Part shown: positions 45,961 to 56,293 of the stretch, in pieces
Layout of the letters: every line of letters starts with the position of its first letter
How positions within the stretch are numbered: position 1 is the stretch's first letter
Assembly (NCBI GenBank): GCA_963827275.1
Contig: CAWHAA010000006.1
Span: 96,001-160,000 of the forward strand
DNA: 64,000 nucleotides
From: an uncultured Spirochaetota bacterium
GTDB lineage: Bacteria > Spirochaetota > UBA4802 > UBA5550
Direction of reading: 5' to 3'
The notes under the pieces: generated by a model
The model's input: the letters and a program-made list of their open reading frames with translations, nothing else
Databases searched by the model: none
What the model was told of the DNA's origin: nothing
Made by a program: the position numbers and the translations under genes

Positions 45961-46875
45961 TCAGAGCTTTTCGAGAAAGAGATAGAGATCCTGCGGCGTG
46001 GCGATAGCCGTAGCGATCACCTTGTACGGGATATTGTTGCCGTGGTACAGGAAGTCCAGTTTGTTGCGCTTGATATCGAGGCTCTGCTTCGTCTGCTCAT
46101 CGTAAAGGACAACATAGTTCGAGAGGGAGAGGGCGAAGATGGTCACTCTCGGGGGATAGGTTTCTTTCAGCCTGTTGACGATGAAATTGGAAAAATCGAC
46201 GATATTGAACACCCCCTCCCTGGAGAAGGCGCCGGTGGATTTGAACAGGATGAATTGATCGGCGTAAACCGCCCCGCTTTTGCCGGCGTTGAATATCCGT
46301 GAGATTTCGGCTGATATGTCGCTCATGTAGTTGAGCATCACGGGCGAAAAGAGCTCGCGGTTCCTGAGGTACACGGTCTTCAAAAGCTCGGAAAGAAATT
46401 CAAAATCGGCAACATTGAAGAGCGGGGACGAGGTGACCGCAGCGGTGAAGATGGTATCCCTGTCAGCGGAGATCTTTTTAAAGACGAGTGAGAAGGACTG
46501 GCCTTTCTGGCTCCCGAGGCGGACCCTGACGGGCTTTTCGCCCTCCGCGGCAGCGCATTCACGCGCAATCAGCTCCGGGAGCGCGTTCAGGAGCACCATG
46601 TCGCCTACCGCCGCGATGGGCACGGGGGAGCCGTTACGCTCGGTGAATATCGCGGTCAGGCCGGTGTAGTTTGCGACATTATGATGATGCAGGGCGCCCT
46701 TTAAAAAACCGCTCCCCTGTTCGGAGATGTATCGTGCCTCGAATTTCTTATAGTGGGAAAGGAGTACCCGGTAGGCGTTTCTCGCCTTCTCGGGGGACAG
46801 GGCCCCGCCGGAATACCCCTTGATGGTCTCCTTTATCTGGTCGATGAGGATGTCGATGTTGGCGGTTTCAGTCAT
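45961..46875 (-). CDS. hypothetical protein
   Basis: 304 aa ORF co-oriented with and filling the gap between neighbours; no motif recognised. Confidence 0.7.
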   Translation of the reverse strand: MTETANIDILIDQIKETIKGYSGGALSPEKARNAYRVLLSHYKKFEARYISEQGSGFLKGALHHHNVANYTGLTAIFTERNGSPVPIAAVGDMVLLNALPELIARECAAAEGEKPVRVRLGSQKGQSFSLVFKKISADRDTIFTAAVTSSPLFNVADFEFLSELLKTVYLRNRELFSPVMLNYMSDISAEISRIFNAGKSGAVYADQFILFKSTGAFSREGVFNIVDFSNFIVNRLKETYPPRVTIFALSLSNYVVLYDEQTKQSLDIKRNKLDFLYHGNNIPYKVIATAIATPQDLYLFLEKL

Positions 46876-46929
46876 CTGTAACGTGATAGCCCGAATTTAT
46901 GTTTATAGTATGCGAGGGCATGGTGAATT

Positions 46930-48231
46930 TCAAGTACATTTTAACGGATGCCGGCCTGCATAGTTCAGGGCGGCGCCGTAGAGCCTGAATGAGCCGGTGA
47001 AAAAAATGAGCGATTCAGCGCCAATGCGCGCGTCAAGTGCCGCAGCAAGCCTCGCTTCATCTGCGTGGATAATTTCGTGGAGTACACGGGAATGTGACCC
47101 CGGTGCGGGACGGTAACACCGTGGATCATCGAGCGAAAAGTAGATCGCGGCCATCCCGAACTCCTCCAGGACGGCGATAATCCCCTCGATGTCCTTGTCT
47201 TTCATGAGGGTCAGTACCGTTGTGATGCTGCGGCCGGGATGCAGCGCGGCGACCAGGGCCGCCATCTCCCTCATGGCGGCGACGTTATGGGCCGGGTCGA
47301 ATATGATCAGCGGATCGCGGCAAAGCTTCTGGAATCGGCCCGGGGCGGAAAATCGCTTCAGCGCGGCTCGGATCGGCGCATCAGTGAGGAGCGGAAACCG
47401 GCCGCGGACGAGCAGGCAGGCGGTGATCGCGCACGAGCTGTTGGCCGCCTGCTTCCCGAGCGGATGGTTCACCTCGACACCCTTCATGTCGTGGCGCTGG
47501 CCGGACAAAAAGGAATAATCGAACCTGATGCTTTGGTCAAACCGGGTAATATTCCCGGCTGAAAAGTCGCGTGAGAGACGCAGGAGGGGCGCGTTTTTCG
47601 ATATAGCTTCTTCATCGAGCACGGTGATAACGTCCGGGTCGAGGTTTGATGTCACGGCGGGGACGCCGGTTTTTATGATGCCCGCCTTTTCGCGGGCAAT
47701 CGCCGGAAGCGTGCCGCCCAGTATGTGCGCATGGTCCATCGATATATCGGTGATCACGGAACAGAGCGGGACCACGACGTTGGTCGAGTCGAGCCGTCCC
47801 CCGAGCCCGGTTTCTATGATGGCGATGTCGACTCCGCGCTGATGAAAATAACGGAACGCGCAGGCCGTCAGGAGGTCGAAATAGGTCGGAGAGTTGGAAG
47901 GATCGGAACCGGCGAAATCGACGATAGCGTCGATGAGCGCGGAAAGATCGCTGTCGGAAATGGGAACGCCACGGACCATGATCCGTTCGTTGACGGTGCG
48001 CAGGTGGGGCGACGTGTACAGTCCCGCGGTATAGCCGGCTTCCGTGAATATGCCGTTCAGCATGTGCGCGACGGAGCCTTTTCCGTTTGTCCCCGCGACA
48101 TGGATGCAGGGCACGGCCAGGTGGGGGTCGCCAAAATGCGCGAGGATGCGGCCGATAGGGGCGGGGCTGTACTGCCTGAAGTCCTGCACGCGTTCATTAT
48201 TGATGAACCTGTCGAGCCTGTCGGTGATCAT
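46930..48231 (-). CDS. folC: folylpolyglutamate/dihydrofolate synthase
   Basis: IHVAGTNGKGS, YTSPHL..VNERI, ETGLGGRLDSTN, DH, EKAGIIK, PGRFQ, D.AHN; ATG 48231 overlaps the aroE stop. Confidence 0.94.
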   Translation of the reverse strand: MITDRLDRFINNERVQDFRQYSPAPIGRILAHFGDPHLAVPCIHVAGTNGKGSVAHMLNGIFTEAGYTAGLYTSPHLRTVNERIMVRGVPISDSDLSALIDAIVDFAGSDPSNSPTYFDLLTACAFRYFHQRGVDIAIIETGLGGRLDSTNVVVPLCSVITDISMDHAHILGGTLPAIAREKAGIIKTGVPAVTSNLDPDVITVLDEEAISKNAPLLRLSRDFSAGNITRFDQSIRFDYSFLSGQRHDMKGVEVNHPLGKQAANSSCAITACLLVRGRFPLLTDAPIRAALKRFSAPGRFQKLCRDPLIIFDPAHNVAAMREMAALVAALHPGRSITTVLTLMKDKDIEGIIAVLEEFGMAAIYFSLDDPRCYRPAPGSHSRVLHEIIHADEARLAAALDARIGAESLIFFTGSFRLYGAALNYAGRHPLKCT

Positions 48232-49091
48232 TCTGTCCGCTGGAGATGATGGTGTAGGGCGCCGCGCATTGTCTCCACCGGCGCCTGCTGCCCGGTCCAG
48301 AGCTCGAACTGCCGGGCACCCTGGTAGAGGAGCATGTCTATGCCGTGCACCGCTGTCGCGCCGCACCGGCGCGCCGCCTGGAGGAGGCGCGTCTCGTGGG
48401 GGGCGTACACGATATCGAATACCGCGTGCCGCGGCGACAGCAGGCCGGTGTCCAGCGGCGTTGCGTCGACAGCCGGGTGCATGCCGACCGGGGTCGAGTT
48501 GATGATGATATCGACCGCCTCCATGAACTGCCGGTCGAGCTCAGCCAGGAGAACGGACCGGGAAGAATGGCCTGAAGAGCGGAGGTCTTCGGCAAGCCGG
48601 CCGATGCGGGAGCTGTCCCTGCCGGCGATAGTGACGGCCGCACCTTCCGCGGCGAGGGTAAAGGCGATCGCGCGGGCCGAACCGCCGTTGCCGATGAGGA
48701 GGCACCGGCGGCCCCTGACCGGGATGCCGGACTGCCCGAGCGCGCGCAGGGCGCCGTACCCGTCAGTGTTGAAGCCGGTGATGACACCGTCGCGGTTCAC
48801 GAGCGTGTTGACAGACCCGATTTCGGCGGCGAGAGGGTCGACGCGGTCGCAATGCCGGAGGGTGTCTATCTTGAAGGGGATGGTCACGCTGGCCCCGCGA
48901 ATCGCGAGGGCCTTCATGCATGAGATGGCTTCCCCCATTGATGGCGGCTCGAAGGCGAGGTACACCGCGTTGATGCCGGTCTCAGAGAAGGCGGCGTTGT
49001 GCATCGCCGGTGAGATGGAATGACGAACGGGACTTCCGAAGACGCAGTAGAGTTCCGTCGTCGCGTTGATCCGGGCAGTATTCATGGACAT
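48228..49091 (-). CDS. aroE: shikimate dehydrogenase
   Basis: HSISPAMHN, VTIPFK, SVNT, NTDGYG, GNGGSAR, NSTPVGM, DIVYAP, MLLYQG. Confidence 0.95.
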   Translation of the reverse strand: MSMNTARINATTELYCVFGSPVRHSISPAMHNAAFSETGINAVYLAFEPPSMGEAISCMKALAIRGASVTIPFKIDTLRHCDRVDPLAAEIGSVNTLVNRDGVITGFNTDGYGALRALGQSGIPVRGRRCLLIGNGGSARAIAFTLAAEGAAVTIAGRDSSRIGRLAEDLRSSGHSSRSVLLAELDRQFMEAVDIIINSTPVGMHPAVDATPLDTGLLSPRHAVFDIVYAPHETRLLQAARRCGATAVHGIDMLLYQGARQFELWTGQQAPVETMRGALHHHLQRTE

Positions 49092-49140
49092 GATATAGAC
49101 GTCCCGATCTGATTTTTGTCAATAGTTTTATCGGGATGGC

Positions 49141-50862
49141 TCAGATGAGCATGATCGCCGTACAGAGGACCATGAGAAACGCAAGGTTGGCATCGACCAG
49201 GACTTCGTATTTCAACGCGATAAGATAATTGAGCCGGTTTATCAGGATAATCAGCGCCTCGTAATATATGAGTGTCACCGCGAGGGGCAGAAAGCGCCAT
49301 TCGCTGAACACGACGGTCAGCGCGGCATAGACCGCGACGCCGGCAGCGGAGACAATCGCGGTCAGCAGCCTCATTGCGCGGGTGCCCACCATGATCGGGA
49401 GCGTCTCCCTGCCGAGTATCAGGTCGCCCTGGAACGCGATCATGTCCATCAGTGCGGTCCTGAGAAAGACCAGCGCGAACACAAGGACGGAGAGGGCGGC
49501 AAGCGGGGCAGGCGCCAGTCCGGCAGCGGACATCGGCGTGAGCACGGTGATGATGATCCAGCCAAAACAGGCGACTATTTTCGAATTGTAGATTTTCCGC
49601 ATGAACCGCGGGTGGATCCTGGAAACAGTGCTTTTAACCGGCCGGGTTGAATAGATAAAGCCAAGGAGGTATGACCCGGCGACAAGCGCGACCGTCGCTG
49701 CGGTAAAACGCCCGGCGAGAAAGACCGACAGGAGCATTGCGGCGATCGAGGCCAGGAGAAAGGGCATGCCGTACCTGCCGTAGACGGCATATTTATACGG
49801 GTTGCTCAGCTTCAGCAGGTCTCTTTCGAAGTAATTGTTGATTGAGTACATTGAAAAGATATATAGGAACGAGATGACCGGCAGCTCGTAGCTGACCGGC
49901 GTATCCGTATATTCAAAGGTGATCATGGTGAGGAAAAAAGCCGCGGCTGCGGCAAGCAGGTTTGTCCGCACGATCATCTCAACGAAGGACACTGCCGCCT
50001 TGATGAAAATATTGCTCTTTTTGAAATTGATCGTGTACAGCCGCTCCAGGACGTTGTTGATGATCCAGCCGGGGGTTGACGTTCCCGCCGTGACCAGGAC
50101 GCTCCGGGAATCCCTGAAGTCCCTTTCGTCCAGCTCCGCTTCTGTTTCCACGTGGAAGGTTTTGACGGCATTGTCCCTGCCGATCTGGGCCAGCCGTTTT
50201 GTGTTCGCGGAATTCTTTCCGCCGACCACCACGAGCGTGTCCGTGCCGCTGGATATGCCGAGGAATACGTCCTCCTGCCGGTAGCGGGTGGAGTCGCAGA
50301 TCGTATCGAAGACCGTGACGTCGGCGAATTTTTCCTTTATGCGGGAGACGATCATGGTGAAAAGCTTGCGGTCGAAGGTGGTCTGTGAAACGACCAGGTA
50401 GGAGGCGGCAGGCGGGACATCATCCACTTCCCGGATGTCCGATATGACGGAGACGCCGCCCGACGCGTAGCTCATCAGGCCGGTGACCTCGGCATGGTCG
50501 CGGTCACCGGTGATGATGGTGTGCTTGTTCATGGCGGAATATTTTTTTATGATCGACTGCACGCGGGCGACCCGCGGGCAGGTCAGGTTGATGACGGCGC
50601 TGGCGCATTTGTTCAGCGTGCGGTTGTCTTCAACCGGGACGCCGTGGGTGCGTATGACGACGCGCTTGTTCCCGATCTCCTCTATCGAGGAAATGGTGCG
50701 CATCCCCCTGCGATGGAGCACGTCGATGGTCTGCGGGTTGTGTATCAGCGGGCCGTATACCAGGAGCTCTTCATCGGAGGCGTTTATCTCGCGGACGATA
50801 CGGAGGATGGCGTTTCTCACGCCCATGCAGAATCCCGAGTGGCGCGCCAGGGTGATCTTCAT
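49141..50862 (-). CDS. ispH: 4-hydroxy-3-methylbut-2-enyl diphosphate reductase fused to a UbiA-like membrane domain
   Basis: GFCMGV, IHN, RTHG, TCPRV, HAEV, QTT, TICDST, SANT, AGTSTP; C-terminal ~280 aa with about 8 TMs and QGDLILGRETLP (UbiA-like GD...G..TLP). Confidence 0.9.
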   Translation of the reverse strand: MKITLARHSGFCMGVRNAILRIVREINASDEELLVYGPLIHNPQTIDVLHRRGMRTISSIEEIGNKRVVIRTHGVPVEDNRTLNKCASAVINLTCPRVARVQSIIKKYSAMNKHTIITGDRDHAEVTGLMSYASGGVSVISDIREVDDVPPAASYLVVSQTTFDRKLFTMIVSRIKEKFADVTVFDTICDSTRYRQEDVFLGISSGTDTLVVVGGKNSANTKRLAQIGRDNAVKTFHVETEAELDERDFRDSRSVLVTAGTSTPGWIINNVLERLYTINFKKSNIFIKAAVSFVEMIVRTNLLAAAAAFFLTMITFEYTDTPVSYELPVISFLYIFSMYSINNYFERDLLKLSNPYKYAVYGRYGMPFLLASIAAMLLSVFLAGRFTAATVALVAGSYLLGFIYSTRPVKSTVSRIHPRFMRKIYNSKIVACFGWIIITVLTPMSAAGLAPAPLAALSVLVFALVFLRTALMDMIAFQGDLILGRETLPIMVGTRAMRLLTAIVSAAGVAVYAALTVVFSEWRFLPLAVTLIYYEALIILINRLNYLIALKYEVLVDANLAFLMVLCTAIMLI

Positions 50863-50876
50863 AGGCAGGGGCCCGC

Positions 50877-51809
50877 CTACTGCACCGGGATGATTTTGTC
50901 TATCGGGTGCTCCGTGGCCCCCGGCTGCTGGCCGCCTCCCTGTGACATTTCAAACCGCGGCATCATGAGCGAGCCGCGGAGCTGGAACGCCACCTGGTTG
51001 CGGTCATTGATGGATTTTTCGAGAAAATTGCGGTAATTTTCGAGCAGCGGCGAATCAGCATTAAGGAGCAGACTGAGATCGAGGCCCGAATTCATCATGT
51101 TTTTCTGAAGCGAGACGGATCCGGTCACGGACCCGTTCAGGTCCTTGCCGAAGATGCGGCAGTTCCGTATCATTATCTTGCCGCCGGTGATGTCGGCCTC
51201 GATCTTTATCGAGCTGATCCTTGTCGGTGGGATCGAAAGCGGGAGCCCTCCCATCGAGTCGGGAAGCTCAATCTGGGAAAACTTCATCATCGCATTGTCG
51301 ATGATAATGGTGATGCTGCCGCTTTGCGGCAGGCCGTCAAAGGTCTTGTAATCGAGAAAAACATTGCCGTTCAGGTTCATGCTTATCTGGGAGGTGCCGG
51401 AATCGTATTTAAAGCCGGCAAGCTGTACCGTGCCTTTTACGTCCTTGGCGATCAGCAGCCTGAGCAAGGAGATGTCGATGTCGGCCGTGCGGACGTTGAT
51501 TTCGCTCCCGCTCCGTAAAACGGCGTACAGGCCTTTCGTCTCGATGATGTCGATCAGGCTGAAGTTCAACTCATTTATGGATATGGTCTTGAGGGCCCCT
51601 TTCTCGAGCTGCTTGAGCCTGGCGCGGATAAGCATGTCATAGGGGAAGGTCAGCACCAGGAAGACCATGACCATGAAAAGCGCGAAGGCGATGTAGGTCT
51701 TCGCGTACGGGAGCGTTAATGCCTCTTTCGCCCTGCTCCAGAGCGTCGAAAAATTGAAATAGGATTTGAGTACGGGCAGAACTGAATTTTTTATGCTGGC
51801 AACGTCCAT
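50877..51809 (-). CDS. gspN: type II secretion system protein N
   Basis: N-terminal TM followed by TFPYD and a beta-rich body; last gene of the gsp operon. Confidence 0.72.
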   Translation of the reverse strand: MDVASIKNSVLPVLKSYFNFSTLWSRAKEALTLPYAKTYIAFALFMVMVFLVLTFPYDMLIRARLKQLEKGALKTISINELNFSLIDIIETKGLYAVLRSGSEINVRTADIDISLLRLLIAKDVKGTVQLAGFKYDSGTSQISMNLNGNVFLDYKTFDGLPQSGSITIIIDNAMMKFSQIELPDSMGGLPLSIPPTRISSIKIEADITGGKIMIRNCRIFGKDLNGSVTGSVSLQKNMMNSGLDLSLLLNADSPLLENYRNFLEKSINDRNQVAFQLRGSLMMPRFEMSQGGGQQPGATEHPIDKIIPVQ

Positions 51810-51825
51810 CTGTTCCTCGCGCCGG

Positions 51826-52350
51826 TTACTGTGTTGTTATGCTGTTGAATGTAATCGTTACGTCGTACGTGTTGCGGCCCTTGATCGTCTGGTTGATCCG
51901 GAGATAGCTGATTTTTGTCAGCAGGCCGGAATTTTCCATCTTGTATATGAAATTGAGGATGGAGTTTATATCAACCCCTTCGAACCGCACATCCGCAGAC
52001 ACTTTCTTGAACTTTCCCTGCGTTATCGTGGGCCGGTCCCTGGTGTAGGTCTTGTTCTTTATGATGTTGAGGCTCTGGGCGTTTTCCTCTATGATCGACG
52101 TGAGCCCCCGCGTGCTGCCGGTCTGCGCGTTGAACTGGGACATCTTGTCGCGGATTTCACGGTACTGTTCGTGGATCTTGTCGAGCTGGTTCAGCTTCGA
52201 CATGTTCGACTCGAATTCAGTATTGATGCTGTTCCTGAGGCTCAGGATGGGCGATATGACGAGGAAATAGAGCACCAGCACCCCCGCAACGGCGGCCAGT
52301 ATCTGGAGGAGAAGTTTTTCACGCTTGTTGAGTTCTATCATGCCGGCCAC
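51826..52350 (-). CDS. gspM: type II secretion system protein M
   Basis: LNKREK + TM + coiled coil + ferredoxin-like fold; follows gspL. Confidence 0.82.
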   Translation of the reverse strand: MAGMIELNKREKLLLQILAAVAGVLVLYFLVISPILSLRNSINTEFESNMSKLNQLDKIHEQYREIRDKMSQFNAQTGSTRGLTSIIEENAQSLNIIKNKTYTRDRPTITQGKFKKVSADVRFEGVDINSILNFIYKMENSGLLTKISYLRINQTIKGRNTYDVTITFNSITTQ

Positions 52351-52351
52351 C

Positions 52352-53968
52352 TTATTCTTTTTTCGATACGGGCGCGGTCTTGTACTTGATTGTCATCGAG
52401 AACCTCACCTCGTTCTGCCGCGAGTATTTAATGTTAAGGGTGACCGAATCGAATTTTTTGGTCTTGAGCAGGCTTTCCTTGAACGTGTCGATCGAGGAGC
52501 TGGCGCCGGCCGTGCCCTCGAACATAAGTATGGTCTCATTGTAAACGAGGTTGGTCAGCACAAAGTTGCTGTCATCGGGGAAGCTGGCGGTGACGTCCTT
52601 CAGGATGTCGAGGAACGAGGTGTTTTCAGGGACCAGCTTCGCTATCGTGTCGTATTCTTTTTTCTCTTTTTTGAGCAGCGCGCGCGCCTCCTCGATGGGA
52701 TCACCGGCGGGCATGGCGCGGAAATAGCGGTTGTACTGCTCGGCAAGGACCTTGTTGTACTGGCTGTTCGAGCGCGCCGTCAGCAGGGCGGTCAGGATGA
52801 AGTATATCACGAGCACCACCACGGAGAGCGCGGCGAAGCCGCCGGAGAGATAGTATATCTTGTTCGATTCTCCCGCAACGTCGGGGATAAATTCACCCTT
52901 GAGGAAATTGATAGAGGAGCGGCGCCGCTTGATGTACGCGAGCATCGTGCCGAACGCGATCGGGAACTGCGTGCGGATGCTGCGCTCGGTATATTCGTCG
53001 AGGAAGGGAAGGGCGTCGACGGGAATATCGAGCTCCCGCGAGAGCAGCGAGCCGATGCCGGCAAGGCTGGAGCCGCCGCCGGAGATCAGCGCCCGGTTGA
53101 ACACGATATCGCCGCACTCGATCCGCATCGCCTTCATGGTGAGGATGACCTGCTCGGCCAGGGCGCCGGCGGTGTCCTGCGCGGCGTTGTATATTTTTTT
53201 AAGCTGCTGGCGCGAGAGACCGAGGGACTTGTAATGGTCACGCTGTACGTTGTTGTCGAAGGAGGTAAGGTCGATGTTCAGGTTCACGAACAGGCGCGCG
53301 GCCTCGGATAATGGCAGCTTCGCGGTGCCGGCGATCGCTTTGATTATCGAGTCCATTCCGACGGAAATGGCGCGTGTATAGAGGAGGTGGTTGTCGGATA
53401 TGAAGTTCAGGACCGTCTTGCTGTTGCCGATGTCAAGCTGGACGACCGCCTCGTTTTCAATCTTGTTGAAGTAGCGGTAGCATTCGAACAGCGCGTTGGA
53501 TTCCATGCCCATCCTGACCGGCTTGATGGCGGCATCGTTCAGGACCGCGAGGAATTTTATGATGTTGCTCTTGAGGGCCGCCGCGAGAAGTATCCGGCCT
53601 TCTCCTTCACGGTTGCTCCTCAATGACTGAAAATCGAGTTGGAGGTCGTCGAGCTTGAAGGGGATGTTCTCTTCCGCTTCGTACGGGATGGCATCGGCGA
53701 TCTTTTCGACGTCGCTGAAGGGGAAGGAAATCGTGCGGATGATCCCCGACTCCAGGGGGAGGTTGGTGATGACCCGGTAGCCGTCCAGGTCCTCCTCCGC
53801 GAGTATCTTGCGGATGGTTTCGGCGACGGCGGCCGGGCGATCCGGGTTGTCCGGATCGATCTCCTCGAAGTTGAACGATTTGAGCTGGAAATCGCGGAAC
53901 CCCGTTTTCACGGTAACGAGTTTTATCGACGAGGACCCGATATCTATGGCGGCTATGTTCTCGAACAA
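52352..53968 (-). CDS. gspL: type II secretion system protein L (PilM/PilN-like)
   Basis: Actin-like IDIGSSSIK, LDIG, SGGGS; INFLKGEF, TM and periplasmic PilN-like domain; TTG start. Confidence 0.85.
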   Translation of the reverse strand: MFENIAAIDIGSSSIKLVTVKTGFRDFQLKSFNFEEIDPDNPDRPAAVAETIRKILAEEDLDGYRVITNLPLESGIIRTISFPFSDVEKIADAIPYEAEENIPFKLDDLQLDFQSLRSNREGEGRILLAAALKSNIIKFLAVLNDAAIKPVRMGMESNALFECYRYFNKIENEAVVQLDIGNSKTVLNFISDNHLLYTRAISVGMDSIIKAIAGTAKLPLSEAARLFVNLNIDLTSFDNNVQRDHYKSLGLSRQQLKKIYNAAQDTAGALAEQVILTMKAMRIECGDIVFNRALISGGGSSLAGIGSLLSRELDIPVDALPFLDEYTERSIRTQFPIAFGTMLAYIKRRRSSINFLKGEFIPDVAGESNKIYYLSGGFAALSVVVLVIYFILTALLTARSNSQYNKVLAEQYNRYFRAMPAGDPIEEARALLKKEKKEYDTIAKLVPENTSFLDILKDVTASFPDDSNFVLTNLVYNETILMFEGTAGASSSIDTFKESLLKTKKFDSVTLNIKYSRQNEVRFSMTIKYKTAPVSKKE

Positions 53969-53986
53969 AGTAGTCTCCCCGGAACG

Positions 53987-55201
53987 TTATTCTTCACACC
54001 AGTAGTACATTGCCCGCATGCCGCGGTTATAGACCGCGGTTATTTTTACACGAACATCCTCAACGGTGGCGGTCGCTACGATCCTGAACACGGAGGATTT
54101 CACCGACAGCCGGTCGAGTATGGTCTGGTCGGCGACAAGGTCCTTGATTTCTTCAACGGATTTATAGGGCTGCGCCTGCCTTCGGCGGATGATCTCAGTC
54201 ACAATATCAGGTGTCATTTTATCTGTCAACGCAGATAATACCCTGTAGGAAGCCGTATTTATGTTTATCTTGTTCAGGTCGCTGGTATAATCGTTGCGGT
54301 CGCCGTACACGGTGAAATAGTCTGACAGCCGACGGCTCTTTTCCTTTCCGATCGTGGTACCTTCCCGTTCTGCCTCCGTCTTCGACGCCTTTTTAGCCGC
54401 TGCATCGCCGGCGAGCTCCTTGATCTTGTCAAGGTCAAGGTCGATGTTGCCCTTGTTGTGGTCCACGAGGTTCTGCTCGTTTTTTTCAGGCTCGCTATTC
54501 CCGCCTGCGAGGCCGTAATAGATGTCGGGGGTTATGTCCTTGATCAGCAGGAGCTCGTCGACGCTGTCCATCATGCTGTTTTTTGATGCGTAGGGCGGGG
54601 TCAGGGTCTGGTAGTAATCGGGCCCGTCGGCGCCATAGGGCATCCGCTGGTCGTCTATGTCCACCCAGTCATGGATAGCGTCGGCCAGGTCGAGGGGGAG
54701 GCCCATGTTCATGAAAAAGTTCTGCGTGAAGTAGTAAAATTTTGTGCGTTCGGTGAATTCGTTGGCGAGCACGCTCAGGTTTATTTTTGAGTTTTCGTCG
54801 ATGATCTCGAGCTTCAGCGAACCGTCTTCCATCGGCAGTTGGGGCACGTTGATCGCCCAGATGTCGTTATAGGAATCGGTCTCCTTGTCTGTCGGCTTCC
54901 CGGTTATCATTTCAGCGCCGAGGCCCTTGAGGTCTGCGTAGAGAATGAACTGGCAGAGCTGTATGCCCGATTTCGCGAGGTAGCCGGCCCGCAGCCTGTT
55001 TTTCAGCTGCTGGCCGTACCCGATGTTGGTGCGTGCGACGACGATAAAATCGCCGGCTATCGATATCAGCAGAGTGGTGATAATGAGCACGATGATGAGG
55101 ACGTAGCCGGAGGAGCCGCGCAGGTATCCGAAGAGGCCATGCTCTTCAAGGAGGGCCCTCCTTTTTTCATAATTACTGATGAACGAGTCCAGCAGCGCCA
55201 T
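53987..55201 (-). CDS. gspK: type II secretion minor pseudopilin K
   Basis: GYVLIIVL leader, DENSKINL, DWVD.DD, ELLLIK, ININTAS. Confidence 0.9.
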   Translation of the reverse strand: MALLDSFISNYEKRRALLEEHGLFGYLRGSSGYVLIIVLIITTLLISIAGDFIVVARTNIGYGQQLKNRLRAGYLAKSGIQLCQFILYADLKGLGAEMITGKPTDKETDSYNDIWAINVPQLPMEDGSLKLEIIDENSKINLSVLANEFTERTKFYYFTQNFFMNMGLPLDLADAIHDWVDIDDQRMPYGADGPDYYQTLTPPYASKNSMMDSVDELLLIKDITPDIYYGLAGGNSEPEKNEQNLVDHNKGNIDLDLDKIKELAGDAAAKKASKTEAEREGTTIGKEKSRRLSDYFTVYGDRNDYTSDLNKININTASYRVLSALTDKMTPDIVTEIIRRRQAQPYKSVEEIKDLVADQTILDRLSVKSSVFRIVATATVEDVRVKITAVYNRGMRAMYYWCEE

Positions 55202-55202
55202 G

Positions 55203-55904
55203 TTACCGGTATTCCTTGATGTTCATCAGTGTCGTGAATATGAATTTTTCCTCTTCGGCCTGGTAGTTTTTGACCACTAACGTGGTTTTAACCGATTTGG
55301 GAAAGAGATTGTTCTGGCGCGAGTCCCAGCTGTCCTCCCAGTCGTTGCCCTTCTGGAACTCGAACCTGAGGCTCACCACGTTCGGAAGTAGCATGCTCTC
55401 CTCTCCGCTGGTGGTCGGGTCCTCCTCCCAGTAGTTGAATTTTTCGCTCTTGATCAGGTGGAAGAGGCCCTGGGTGTTTTTCGCCTCGCGGAGGTAATAG
55501 CCGATGCCCCGGATGTCGCTCATGCGGACCGGCGTGCTGCTCGACCCGGAGAGGATCATGTCATTGTGCATCACGGCGGTGAAATCGAGCCTGCTGTTTC
55601 CCCGGTCGCTTTCGCAGACAAAGTTGATCTTTTTGTTCGCCTTCGTATAGTAGGTGTTGGAAAGGTCCTGGTCTATCTTCATGATCGCCAGGTTTACGTT
55701 TTCGTAGAATTCCGCGCGGCCGATGGAGCGCTTGATGGAATCGAAGATCGAGCGGTATGACGCGTACGCCATGAGGAGTATGATGGACGCGATCGACGTC
55801 GCGACAAGGATCTCGATCAGGGTGAAGCCCTCATTGTCCGTATGCGGCCTGCGGGCCCTTCCTGCGGTTTGTATGGCTCTGTAAAGTAACGCACTCATTA
55901 TCAT
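55203..55904 (-). CDS. gspJ: type II secretion minor pseudopilin J
   Basis: GFTLIEILVA prepilin motif; W.DSWDS...PKSVK; ATG overlaps the gspI stop. Confidence 0.85.
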   Translation of the reverse strand: MIMSALLYRAIQTAGRARRPHTDNEGFTLIEILVATSIASIILLMAYASYRSIFDSIKRSIGRAEFYENVNLAIMKIDQDLSNTYYTKANKKINFVCESDRGNSRLDFTAVMHNDMILSGSSSTPVRMSDIRGIGYYLREAKNTQGLFHLIKSEKFNYWEEDPTTSGEESMLLPNVVSLRFEFQKGNDWEDSWDSRQNNLFPKSVKTTLVVKNYQAEEEKFIFTTLMNIKEYR

Positions 55905-56293
55905 TGCGCCTGGTAAATGTATGATATCTTGTAGGAGCGATTTTTGCCCCGTTCCTTCCATGTGACGATGATACTGGTACTGTTGGCGGGCAGCGGGCCC
56001 AGGAGGGGGTGCTCCCATCGCTTTGTTTCCCTTGTAACGGAAAATCCGGGAAGGCCCTTGACCGCCTCGTCCTTGAGGTCGGTGCCCCGGTAGTTTTTTA
56101 GGATAAACTCGTTCATCCTGGTCCGGGCGACCAGCATCGCCTGGGTGTAGTTCTTCATACCGGATATGACATAGACGCTCGACGACACGCCCGAGATGAC
56201 GCTCAGGAGCACCGTCGAAAGAATGGCAAGCGCTATCAGGATCTCGACAAGGACAAATCCTTTCATGCCGGCGGAGTGTCTGTTATTCTTCAT
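55901..56293 (-). CDS. gspI: type II secretion minor pseudopilin I
   Basis: GFVLVEILIALAIL prepilin motif; position between gspH and gspJ. Confidence 0.82.
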   Translation of the reverse strand: MKNNRHSAGMKGFVLVEILIALAILSTVLLSVISGVSSSVYVISGMKNYTQAMLVARTRMNEFILKNYRGTDLKDEAVKGLPGFSVTRETKRWEHPLLGPLPANSTSIIVTWKERGKNRSYKISYIYQAQ

